Origin: Octopus sinensis
Taxonomy: Eukaryota
Direction: 5' to 3'
DNA: 64,000 nucleotides
NCBI RefSeq assembly: GCF_006345805.1
Contig: NC_043019.1
Coordinates: 12,895,360 to 12,959,359 of the forward strand
This document shows positions 24,601-37,424 of this stretch, piece after piece. Every line of letters begins with the position of its first letter. Position 1 is the first letter of the stretch. The translations under genes and the position numbers were made by a program. The notes under the pieces are model-generated. The model was not told the DNA's origin. It saw only the letters and a program-made list of their open reading frames with translations, and searched no databases.

Positions 24601-27600
24601 TATCATGGTGGCTTTAACCCTTTTGTTACCTTATTTCTGTTGAGATGCTCTGTGTGTTTTTTTTTCTATTAATTTTAAATATAACAAAGAATTTAGTAAA
24701 ATAACTTAGTCATCATTCAGCTAGTGTGAGGAACATAAATTGTGACTAAGGTTTGGTGGAAGATTTTAATTCAGAACTTTTGGAAACATGACATTTGTAC
24801 TACAGAACCAGAGGCGGTTTTGGCCGGGTTGGTATCAAAAGGGTTAACTGTTACCATAGCAACATGGAAGTATAGTATATTAAGACCTGTGTGGTGATTC
24901 CTGTTTCTCTCTGATAACTGTTTCACTCTCAATAATTGTTAACCCTTTTGTTACCATATTCCTGTTGAGATGCTCTGTGTTTCCTTCAATTACTTTGAAT
25001 ATAACAAAGGATTTAGTAAAATAACTTAGTCATCATTCAGCTAGTGTTAGGAACGTAAATTGTGACTAAGGTTTGGTGGAAGATTTTAATCCAAAACTTA
25101 TGAAAACAAGACATTTGTACTATGGAACCAGAGCCGGTTTCAGCCAGGTTGGTATTGAAAGGGTTAAAAATATCATGGTGACTTTAACCCTTTTGTTACC
25201 TTATTTCTGTTGAGATGCTCTGTGTGTTTTTTTTTCTATTAATTTTAAATATAACAAAGAATTTAGTAAAATAACTTAGTCATCATTCAGCTAGTGTGAG
25301 GAACATAAATTGTGACTAAGGTTTGGTGGAAGATTTTAATTCAGAACTTTTGGGAACATGACATTTGTACTACAGAACCAGAGGCGGTTTTGGCCGGGTT
25401 GGTATCAAAAGGGTTAACTGTTACCATAGCAACATGGAAGTATAATATATTAAGACCTGTGTGGTGATTCCTGTTTCTCGCCGATAACCGTTTCACTCTC
25501 AATAATTGTCAACCCTTTTGTTACCATATTTCTGTTGAGATGCTCTGTGTTTCATTCAATTACTTTGAATATAACAAAGGATTTAGTAAAATAACTTCGT
25601 TATCATTCAGCTAGTGTTAGGAACATAAATTGTGACTAAGGTTTTGGTGGAAGGTTTTAATCCAAAACTTATGAAAACAAGACATTTGTATGATTGAGCC
25701 AGAGCTGGTTTCAGCCAGGTTGGTATTGAAAAGGTTAAGGGGAAAAATCAACAGAGACACAATACTCTATCTCACCTGCCAGACACAATCCAAGAAAAGC
25801 AGAAATACAGGCGCTTCTTTGTGTTGTTTTGTCATAGCGAAAGCAGACTTGGCACATCTTTCCTGAAATGGGTGACCAGCTTGCAACCATTCTCGTTCAA
25901 CAAGGGCCTCAAACCTACATAATATAAACAGATGATCCAATAAATCACTGAGAGAGACAGGAAACTGTCAGGTTTTAGCTAAATACAAGGAATTAAAAGA
26001 TGAAGTGTTTAACCCTTTAGTGTTCAGATTATTCTATCAAACATAATGCTTATTGATTCCCATTGATTTGAATTAATCATGCATTATCTCATATCTTCAA
26101 GATCTTGATGGTGTAAATACTTAATGTAGAATAACATTGTAGGGTAGGTGTGATGGCCTGGATCTGGTCAGTTTGAACATAAAACAGATTAGCTATTTTG
26201 GCCGGATATGGCCGGTTTAAATACTAAAGGGTTAAACGTCTGGGATTATAATTTTTCAGGTAATTAAACTTGTAAGATGAAACAGGACATTAAATGATGA
26301 TGATGATGATGATGATGGCAATGATGTGTGTATGTGTTTTTATATATATATGTATATCTATTTCTTTACTACCCACAAGGGGCTAAACACAGAGGGGACA
26401 GACAAAGGGATTAAGTCGATTACATCGACCCCAGTGCATAACTGGTACTTAATTTATCGACCCCGAAAGGATGAAAGGCAAAGTCGACCTTGGCGGAATT
26501 TGAACTCGGAACGCAACGACAGACGAAATACGGCTACGAATTTCGCCCGGCGTGCTAACGATTCTATATGTATATCGCCTTACTGGCACTTGTGCCGGTG
26601 TGCAGGTGATACGTAAAAAAAAATACAGGTTTTTTGCATGGCTGTTACCAGTACCGCTTGACTGGCCCTTGTGCTGGTGGCACGTAAAAGCACCCACTAC
26701 ACTCTTGGAATGGTTGGCGTTAGGAAGGGCATCCAGCTGCAGAAACTCTGCCAGATCAAGATTGGAGCCTGGTGCAGCCATCTGGTTCGCCAGTCCTCAG
26801 TCAAATCGTCCAACCCATGCCAGCAGGGAAAGCGGACGTTAAACAATGATGATAATATGTGTTTGTGTTGTGTGTGTGTGTGTGTGTGTGTGTGTAATGG
26901 ACAAAATTGGCCCAGAAGGGAGGAGGGGGAGATACCTATATTTTCAAAAAAATTTTTTCATGAAAAGCTTCCCAACATCATTTGCAAAGGTGTGGTAAAA
27001 AACAAAAAAACAAATCTGAAAAACCCTTGTTAAAATAGAGAAAACCCAACTTATGTGGGTGTGCTATTCCAAAAGTCCTCAACAGACTTTCACAATAGCA
27101 CACCCTCATAGCAACATTGCAAAAATTACCCACCAGTTACAGGATATTCAGCTAGTATATATAAACAATTGTTTCATCATCATTGTTGTAACATCCACTT
27201 TCCATGCTCATATGGATTAGTCGATGATATTGTGTTGGATTTTCTGCTGCTGGCTGCTCTTCCTGTTGCCAACCATCCCTTGTTTCCAAGTAAAGTATTA
27301 TTTTCCCCATGATATGTTTCCAAAGAATATTGGATAACATTGATATTGATTTACGACTGGTATGCATGGGTGACTGCTAGTCTTCCATAAACAACCTTGC
27401 CTGGATTTGTGCCTCAGAGAGGAACTTTCTAGGTGCAATCCCACGGTCATTCATGACCAAAGGGGGTCTTTACCCTTTACCCTAGGCTTAATAAAAATGT
27501 ACAGGGGTCAATTTATTCCACTAAAAACTCTTCAAGGTGGTGCCCCAGCATGACCGCAGTCTAATGACCAAGACTAGTAAAAGATAAAAGATTAAAAGAT

Positions 27601-28930
27601 AACCAACCCTCTCACTGTACGACAGTCATGGTCCAGTAGTAGTTGAGCCAACGAAGTGACCTGCAGAGTGGTGTCCAAACCGTCTGAGCCATGCACCAAA
27701 ACAGAGGCAGCTGAAGAGAAAGATTAATGGACAATAATATATATTTCTTTACTACCCACAAGGGGCTAAACACAGAGAAAACAAACAAGGACATAAAAAC
27801 GGATTAAGTCGATTATATCGACACCAGTGCTTAACTGATACTTAATTTATCGACCCCGAAAGGATGAAAGGCAAAGTCGACCTCGGTGGAATTTGAACTC
27901 AGAACGTAACGGCAGACGAAATACCTATTACTTTACTACCCACAAGGGGCTAAACACAGAGAGGATAAACAAGGACATAAAAACGGATTAAGTCAATTAT
28001 ATCGACCCCAGTGCGTAACTGATACTTAATTTATCGACCCTGAAAGGATGAAAGGCAAAGTCAACCTCGGTGGAATTTGAACTCAGAATGTAAAGACAGA
28101 TGAAATATTTATTTCTTTACTACCCACAAGGGGCTAAACACAGAGAGGACAAACAAGGACATACAAACGGATTAAGTCGATTATATCGACCCCAGTGCTT
28201 AACTGATACTTAATTTATCGACCCCGAAAGGATGAAAGGCAAAGTCGACCTCGGTGGAATTTGAACTCAGAACGTAACAGCAGACGAAATACAGCTACGC
28301 ATTTCACCCGGCGTGCTAACGGTTCTGCCAGCTCGCCGCCTTCTTGAACAATAATATAACCATATAACACATTGAAAACTTTTCAATAATCTGTAGGGTC
28401 AGATGTTTTAAATTGAGGATATCTTAGAATTTTAGTATTTCAAGATACTGATATCTTAAAGCTCTGACATATGAAATCTATGACATCTTTGGATCTGGAA
28501 ATTTCAAGGTTACTATATCTCTGGATAATGATAATTCTTGGTTTTATGACACGTTAAAATTATATCTTAAGGCAATAATGTCTTATGGTCATGATAATCT
28601 CTAGGCTGTGATATCTTAATGCCATGATAATCTTAAGTTTGACATCATAGGACAATATTTCAAGGTTGTATCTTTGGGTCAGAAGAATTTAAAGCTTTGT
28701 GACATGTTAGAGTTATGATATACTCTTTACTCTTTTACTTGTTTCAGTCATTTGACTGTGGCCATGCAGGAGCACCGCCTTTAGTCGAGCAAATCGACCC
28801 CGGGACTTATTCTTTGTAAGCCCAGTACTTATTCTATCGATCTCTTTTGCCGAACCACTAAGTAACAGGGACGTAAACACACCAGCATCGGTTGTCAAGC
28901 AATGCTGGGGGGACAAACACAGACACACAA

Positions 28931-29002
<72 letters not shown>

Positions 29003-32000
29003 GACAGGCTTCTTTCAGTTTCCATCTACCAAATCCACTCACAAGGCATTGGTCGGTCCGAGGCTATAGCAGAAGACACTTGCCCAAGGTGCCACGCAGT
29101 GAGACTGAACCCAGAACCATGTGGTTGGTTAGCAAGCTACTTACCACACAGCCACTCCTGCGATATATTAAGATATCTTAAAGCCATGATAATCTCAAAG
29201 TTGTGACAGTTTAATATTATGATAATCTTAATGCTGTAATACCTCAAAGCTGATATCTTCAGCTTATGATGTCTTACAACTATGACATCTCAAAACTTTT
29301 TTTTTTAAATTATTTAATTATATTTTGTGTTGGATTCTACCTGTTTACCATATTTTAGAAATGTGGAAAGAGAAAGGAGCTGTGCTGAGAATAGAGGTGA
29401 GATGATTGTTTTTACCTTCTTTATCGATAAACTGGGCCACCATACAAGCAGCATTGATGACATCTTTAACGTTGCTCAGCCAACCGCTGGAATCTAATTT
29501 GGACAGCCATTTGTCTGTGGAGGTACTTGTATCATTACAAGCTGTGAAAGGAAAAGGAGAACTTTTCTTTGAAGATACTAGACATAGAATCTTTAGAAAA
29601 AGAAGTTTAACATTCTATCAATCAATCAATCAATCAATCACTGATGATGAAGAAGAAGAAGAAGAGAAGAAGAGGAGGAGAAGGGTGGTGGAGGTGGTGG
29701 AGGATGAGGAGGAGGTGGTGGTAGTAGTGGTGGTGGTGGTGGTGGATGTGGTGGTGGTGGTGGAGGAGGAGGTGGTGGTAGTAGTGGTGGTGGAGGTGGT
29801 GGAGGAAGAGGAGGAGGAGGAGCATTCAGAGAGCACAAACCTCTGCCAAGGTAATACCAACGTCCTCTCAATGGTTACCCGGAGATGATCTTTAACCCTT
29901 TCGTTACTGTATTTATTTTGAGATGCTCTGGGTCTCTTTCAATTACTTTAAACATAACAAAGAATTTAGTAAAATAACTTAGTTATAATTCAGCTAGTGT
30001 TAGGAACATAAATTGTGACAAAGGTTTGGTGGAAGATTTTAATTCAAAACTTATGAAAACAAGACATTTTACCACAGAGCCTGAGCCGGTTTTGGCCGGT
30101 TTAGTAACAAAAGGGTTAAAATGAGAATATCTGAAATAAATTCGACTGCCCTCGCAAATGAAAACACTAAAAATGAACCTGACCGCCCTCAAAAATTAAG
30201 TGAAAAAACCAGAAAAATAATCCAGAATCCTTGTCTGGTACCTGGTCGATCCCAATGGTAGTGATGGAATGTGAAAGTGGGTGTGCGGACCATGTTTTTA
30301 ATGCTGTGTGTGTGTCGTGTGCAGTGGGAACAGGGACAGCTTTCTCTACGAAAGCCTTTTTTAGTCTATCCACTGATATAGTGTCTTTACGACCATTAAG
30401 GTCTATAGTGAAAGATTTATCCATGCGTGAAAGAAAATGGGAAGGACCTGCATATGGCGATTTTGAGAGAGAGACACAGAGAGAGAGAGAGACAGAGAGA
30501 GAGAGAGAGACACAGAGAGAGAGAGAGAGAGAGTGAGCAAGAGTGAGAGAAAGAGAATAAGAAAGGGAGAGAGTAAGAGAAAGAACAAAGAGAGAAAGAG
30601 AGCAAGAGAGAGAGAGAGAGGGCAACAGAGAGAGAGAGCAAGAGGGAGTAAGAAAGAGAATGAGAGAGCAACAGAGAGAAAGAAAAAGACAGGAGAGGCT
30701 GAGAGAGAGAGAGAGGGCAACAGAGAGAGAGAGAGAGAGAGCAAGAGGGAGTAAAAAGAGAGGGAGAGAGCAACAGAGAGAAAGAAAAAGACAAGAGAGA
30801 GAGAGAGAGCAAGAGGGAGTAAGAAAGAGAATGAGAGAGCAACAGAGAGAAAGAAAAAGACAGGAGAGGCTGAGAGAGAGAGAGAGGGCAACAGAGAGAG
30901 AGAGAGAGAGAGCAAGAGGGAGTAAAAAGAGAGGGAGAGAGCAACAGAGAGAAAGAAAAAGACAAGAGAGAGAGAGAGAGCAAGAGGGAGTAAAAAAGAG
31001 AGGGAGAGAGCAACAGAGAGAAAGAAAAAGACAGGAGAGGCTGAGAGAGAGAGAGAGGGCAACAGAGAGAGAGAGCAAGAGGGAGTAAAAAAGAGAGGGA
31101 GAGAGCAACAGAGAGAAAGAAAAAGACAAGAGAGGCTGAGAGAGAGAGAGAGAGAAATAGCTAGATATAACGGTGAGTACCTTCAATCAATTTGATGATG
31201 GAGTCATGGAGGGCATGTTTTCTGTCAATGGCTTGATTGATTCTTCTCCATTGGCTATAATGAGCTTCAGGTTCAAATCCACCACCTGGAATCAACAGAA
31301 ACAGAGAACAAAGTTAACTGATGAGGACGGATAAAGTATGGCACAGAACTGAAGCTGCTTTTCAAAGCAATTACCTATAACACCTGTGCACAAGGGAGGC
31401 TGAGACGACCAGAAACCAACAAAACTTCAGGGTTTTTTGACATGAGTTATCTTTACATTATTTACTTTATTTACATTTGATGTAAATCATCAATGATGAA
31501 CATCAATGGAATTTGTATCCTTGTGGTACCAGTGCCGGCGGCACATAAGAAAACCATCCGAACGTGACCGTAGCCAGTACCGCATCGACTGGCCTCCGTG
31601 CTCAGGGAACGTAACAAACACCATCCGAGCGTGGCCGTCCGCCAGCCTCGTCTGGCACCTGTGTCGGTGGCACATAAAAAAACACCATCCGAGCGTGGCC
31701 GTCTGCCAGCCTCGTCTGGCACCTGTGTCGGTGGCACATAAAATCACCCACTACACTCTCGGAGTGGTTGGCGTTAGGAAGGGCATCCAGCTGTAGAAAC
31801 ACTGCCAGATCAGACTGGCCTGGTGCAGCCTTCGAGCTTGCCAGACCCCAGTTGAATCATCCAACCCATGCTAGCATGGAAAGCGGACGTTAAACGATGA
31901 TGATGATGATGATGATGATGGATATTTGTCCTCATCTTGTTTGTTGTTAACACAACGCCATATGCCCACAGGCACATGGTGTAGTGGTTAAGAGCACGGG

Positions 32001-35000
32001 CTGCTAACCCCAAGATTCCGAGTTCAATGCTCTTAACCACTACACCATATGCCTGTGGGCATATGGCGTTGTGTTAACAACAAACAAGATGAGGACAAAT
32101 ATCCATCAAATGTAAATAAAGTAAATAATGTAAAACTAACTCATATAAAAAAATCCTGAATAATAATAATCATCATCATCATCATCATTTAACATCCGTT
32201 GTCCATGCTAGCATGAGTTAGATGGTTCGACCAGGGTCTGGGAAGCCAGGAGGCTGCACCAGGCTCCAGTCTGATCTGGCAGGTTCTCCAGATGGATGCT
32301 CTTCCTAACGCCAACCACTCTGTGAGTGTAGTGGGTGCTTTTTATGTGTCACTGGCACAGGTGCTAGGGGAGGCTGGCAATGGCCACAATTGGTTGGTGC
32401 ATTTTACGTGCCACCGGCACAGAAGCCAGTCAAGGCAGCGCTGGCATCGGCCACGTTTGGATGGTGCTTTTTACATGCCACCAGCAGAGGTATCACAACT
32501 GCAATTTCCATTTGATGTTGATGTACTTGACTCAATAGGTCTCCTCAATGGCCCAATGGTTAGGGCAGCGGACTCGCGGTCATAGGATCGCGGTTTCGAT
32601 TCCCAGACCGGGCGTTGTGAGTGTTTATTGAGCGAAAACACCTAAAAGCTCCACGAGGCTCCGGCAGGGGATGGTGGTGATCCCTGCTGTACTCTTTCAC
32701 CACAACTTTCTCTCACTCTTTCTTCCTATTTCTGATGTACCTGTATTTCAAGGGGCCGGCCTTGTCACTCTCTGTGTCATGCTGAATATCCCTGAGAACT
32801 ACGTTAAGGGTACATGTGTCTGTGGAGTGCTCAGCCACTTACACGTTAATTTCACGAGCAGGCTGTTCCGTTGATTCGGATCAACCGGAACCCTTAACGT
32901 AGTTCTCGGGGATATTCAGCGTGACACAGAGAGTGACAAGGCCGGCCCCTTGAAATACAGGTACAACAGAAACAGGAAGTAAGAGTGAGAGAAAGTTGTG
33001 GTGAAAGAGTACAGCAGGGATCACCACCATCCCCTGCCGGAGCCTTGTGGAGCTTTAGGTGTTTTCGCTCAATAAACACTCACAACGCCCGGTCTGGGAA
33101 TCGAAACCGCGAGTCCGCTGCCCTAACCACTGGGCCATTGCGCCTCCAGTGAAAGTCCCTATAACATCAGTGGAACAACAAAGGTTGAGACAATCAGAAA
33201 CCAACTATACTTCAGGTTTTTATGACACGAGTTTATCTTCTCCTAGAAGTTCGTTCTAATGAGAACTAGGGCTCCTTTATTCCCAGTGGTTCAATGCTAA
33301 TTAACTCAAAGCTGGTATCCTAACAGGTGCTGCTACTCCAGGTCAGAGTAGACCTGGGAACAACAATGGCTAAGAAGTGGTTCCACAACCAGATACAGTT
33401 TGAAGTCAAGCCTGGGAAAATATAAGTGGTAGACAACATAAACAACAGCAATAAATCAGTCCATCTTACAGATCCCCACTGAAACTGATTAACTTTTTAG
33501 TGTTCAGATTACTCTGTCGAAAGTAATTCTTATTTGTTCACATCATTTTGAATTAACCAAGCATCATCTTTTAGCTCGGTGATTTTGATGAAGTAAAAGG
33601 TAAAGATCCCTTCAGTTGTGAATGACTATGAGATTGCACCTAGAGAGTTACCCTCTGAGGCACAAGTTTGGGCAAGGTTGTTTACGGAAGACCCACAGTC
33701 GCCTATGCATATCAGCCTCCCCTGTCCATGCCACTGATGTTGTCCAAGGGAAAGGCAAAGGCCGATACTGCTTGGCACTAGTGATGTCGCAACTCATTTC
33801 TACAGCTGAGTGAACTGGAGCAACGTGAAATAAAGTCTCTTGCTCAAGAACACAGCACACAGTCTGATCCAGGAATTGAACTCACAAAGACTCCCTCTGG
33901 TTACAAATGACCATGGGATTGCACCTAGACAGTTCCCTTCCAAGAAGCATGCCCAATGAAGTAACTGTTAATTTTTTGAATGACATTGTAGGGTTGGCGT
34001 GAGAGGCAAAATCTGATCAGTTGTAGCATAAAACAGGTAGAATATTTTGGTCGGATATGGCCGGTTTAAATGCTGCGGGTCTAAATATTATAACAGGGTA
34101 GTGAGTGATGTTTCGTTCATGTCCATAGAAAGAAACTTACCTTTTGCTTGAGCTGCTTTAGCATGACCCTGAGATCGGGTATCAAGGATGTAACCACGGC
34201 GACCAATCCCTAGAACTGCATTGACGAGTCTTTCATCGTCTTTGCATCTGCGTCCGTTTGTTCCGGTAAGGGGCTGGCTACTTCGCATCATCACGGCCTG
34301 TAAAATGGGCAGGAAACAACGATGGAGAATAGAAGTGAGATTGATGGACGAGAGAGGAGGGAATTAGCACAGATGAACAAATGTGTGTGTGTGTGTGTGT
34401 GTGTGTAGACAGAAACACGTATATGCATACACACACACACAAACACACCATATGCAAAGCTAAAAGACAAAGGAGCTGGGCCACACATTTACCTTTGTAT
34501 CCTTGTGATAATAGCAGAGGACAGGGAAACGTCCATGTTGTCTGAAGCCCGCCACACGAACAAGTGTGATGTCGTCAATAGATTTTGGAACGATAACAAG
34601 GTGAGGGTATGAAGGACACACCTGTTGGTACAAACAACATGAAAAGGGGTCAGTTAAGGTACTCAATCAAACATGGAAGATAAACAAAAGGAAAACCAAC
34701 ATAACCATACATATATCAGCAGTGCATATGCCGTTCAAAAATTTGGACCTGGAGATCTCAATTTCCAGCGACTTCGAGGGCCACCCCCCAGTGGTGTCGG
34801 GCGTCAACGAAGAGCCCTCGACTACAACAAGACGACCAAAGTTTTTATTTTTTTTCCAAGGTCTGGGGTCTCCCGCCCCTAAGCCCTAGACCATCACCTA
34901 ATCACCCTTACCCATCTTGTTGCTTAACAACAACAACAACAACAGCAGTGCATATTCAGATAAAAAATTTTGAGTACAAAACATTACAAAAGTACCTTAG

Positions 35001-36668
35001 CTATGGCAGAAAACATTACTGTAGTCTGATTTCCAGACCAGGCCGTGTATCGTGTTCTTGAGCAAGACACTTTATTTCACGTTGCTCCAGTTCACTCAGC
35101 TGTACAAACAAGTTATGGCATCACTGGTGTCAAGCTGTATCGTCCTTTGCTGTTCCTCGGATAACATCAGTGGCATGCAGAGGGAGAGGCTGGTGTGCAT
35201 GGGTGACTTCTGGTCCTCCATAAACAACCTTGCCCAGACTCGTACCTCAGAGGGGAACTTTCTGGGTGCAAATCCATGGTCATTCATGACCAAAGGGGAT
35301 CTTTACCTTTTACTCTTTTATCCTATATATGTAAAAGGATTAAAATTAGCCTAAAGTGGCGAGAGTTAGATGTGCCCCAATTTCAAGATAATTTTTCCTG
35401 GCTGAGAGGACTGGAGCAATGTGAAATGAAGAGTTTTGCTTAAGAACACAACACATCACCTGGTTTAGGGATCAAAACAGCAAACTGACAATCATGAGTC
35501 CAACACCTCAACCACTAAACCAGGCACCTTCACACAAGCAGTAAGGGTTTATTATTATAGTCAGCATGGTTTGTGAAGAGCCAGTCCGACTCTCTCATCT
35601 TTCAAACTTGCATTGGTCTGGTGCAACAAGTACCTATTTCTTTATTGCCCACAAGGGGCTAAACACAGAGAGGACAAACAAGGACAGACAAACGGATTAA
35701 AGTCGATTATATCAACCCCAGTGTGTAATTGGTACTTATTTAATCAACCCCAAAAGGCTGAAAGGCAAAGTCAACCTCGGCGGAATTTGAACTCAGAACG
35801 TAGCAGCAGATGAAATACTGCTAAGCATTTCACCCGGCGTGCTAACGATTCTGCTGGCTCACCACCTTTTGGTGCAACAAGTACCATGAGCCCAGTAGTT
35901 ATCAGAATGCAGGATTTGCATGAATATGTCTGAATAACAGACATGACAGTCATGGTTGGAGCAACTTTGGTCATAGGTTTTCTTAATCAGGGCTGATCTC
36001 ACAGCATTTTGTTGGTTACGATGATGAGCGTCCCAGTTGATCCGAATCAACATAACAGCCTGCTAATGAAATTAATGTGCAAGTGAGTTGAGCACTCCAC
36101 AGACATGCGCACCCTTAACATAGTTCCCAAGGGATTCAATGTGGCAAGGCTGGTCCCGTTGAATTACAGGTTCAGCTCGCTTTTGGCAGCTGAGCGGATT
36201 GAAGCAATATGAAATAAAGGGTCTTGGTCAAGGATATAAGGCATCGCCGGGAATTGAACTCACAATCATATGATAACTAGCTGAATACCATAACCAGTAT
36301 GCTACAAGCCTTCATAGAAAAAGAAAGAAAAAAACAAGCAAATAGATGCAGAAGTGGCTGTGTGGTAAGTAGCTTGCTTACTAACCAAGTTACGGGGACG
36401 TAAACACACCAGCTTCGGTTGTCAAGCGATGTTGGGGGGACAAACACAGACACACAAACATATACACACACATACATATATATATATATACACATATATA
36501 CGACAGGCTTCTTTCAATTTCTGTCTACCAAATCCTCTCACAAGGCTTTGGTTCTGGGTTCATTCCCACTGCATGGCACCTTGGGCAAATGTCTTCTACT
36601 ATAGCCTCGGGCCGACCAAAGCCTTGTGAGTGGATTTGGCAGACGGAAACTGTATACATATGTATATG

Positions 36669-36703
<35 letters not shown>

Positions 36704-37359
36704 TTGTGTGTCAATGTTTCTCCCCCAACATCGCTTGACAACCGAAGCTGGTGTATTTACGTCCCCGTAACTTAGCGGTTGAGCAAAAGAGACCGATAGA
36801 ATAAGTACTAGGCTTCCAAAGAATAAGTCCTGGAGTCGATTTGCTCGACTAAAGGCGGTGCTCCAGCATGACTGAAACAAGTAAAAGAGTAAAAGAGTAA
36901 ACAAAAATAATGTTTGAAGGTAAACAACAAGAAGAAACACAGACCTCGTAATCTTTGTTTATGTAGCTAAGGCGCCATTCATCAGAACATTCTTTGAAAC
37001 GGTTAAATTCCTCTTGAGGGAGGAAAGCTTGCCAACCATCTTCCAGGACATCAAACAAGGGCCGGTAGAAGAAAGGATACATAAGGGCAACATCATCTAC
37101 AGACAAAATAAAAATTAGGAATTAATGAAAAATACTTTGATTCGTTTACATTAGAAATTATATTAAAATTAGTAAGAAACAATTATGAACTTTTTTTATT
37201 ACACTTAACTTTTAAAAATATTTTTGATAAGGTTCGTTTTTTTCAAGAAGAACTGAAACATGTAAAATGTCTAAGAAAATTAAAATTTATCTTATATAGT
37301 GGCGTTTTCAAACTTCTTTTTTATAAATATATACTCACTCGTATGTCACCTACACTTTT

Positions 37360-37424
<65 letters not shown>

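Noticed and set aside
29640-29822. Poly-Pro/His/Val ORFs
   Set aside because: GGT/GGA trinucleotide repeat within intron 6
30167-31186. 339-aa Leu/Ser ORF and Arg/Glu ORFs
   Set aside because: GA-repeat artefact; only the last 90 codons or so are a Gypsy remnant
31973-32027. tRNA-like sequence (also SINE heads at 3470-3530, 59550-59635, 61023-61090)
   Set aside because: A/B boxes are present but there is no complete cloverleaf; these are SINE-derived
36930-36944. Intron 3 start (gtctgtgtttct) resembles the exon 4 start (gtgtgtccttca)
   Set aside because: Too short to support intron gain by duplication
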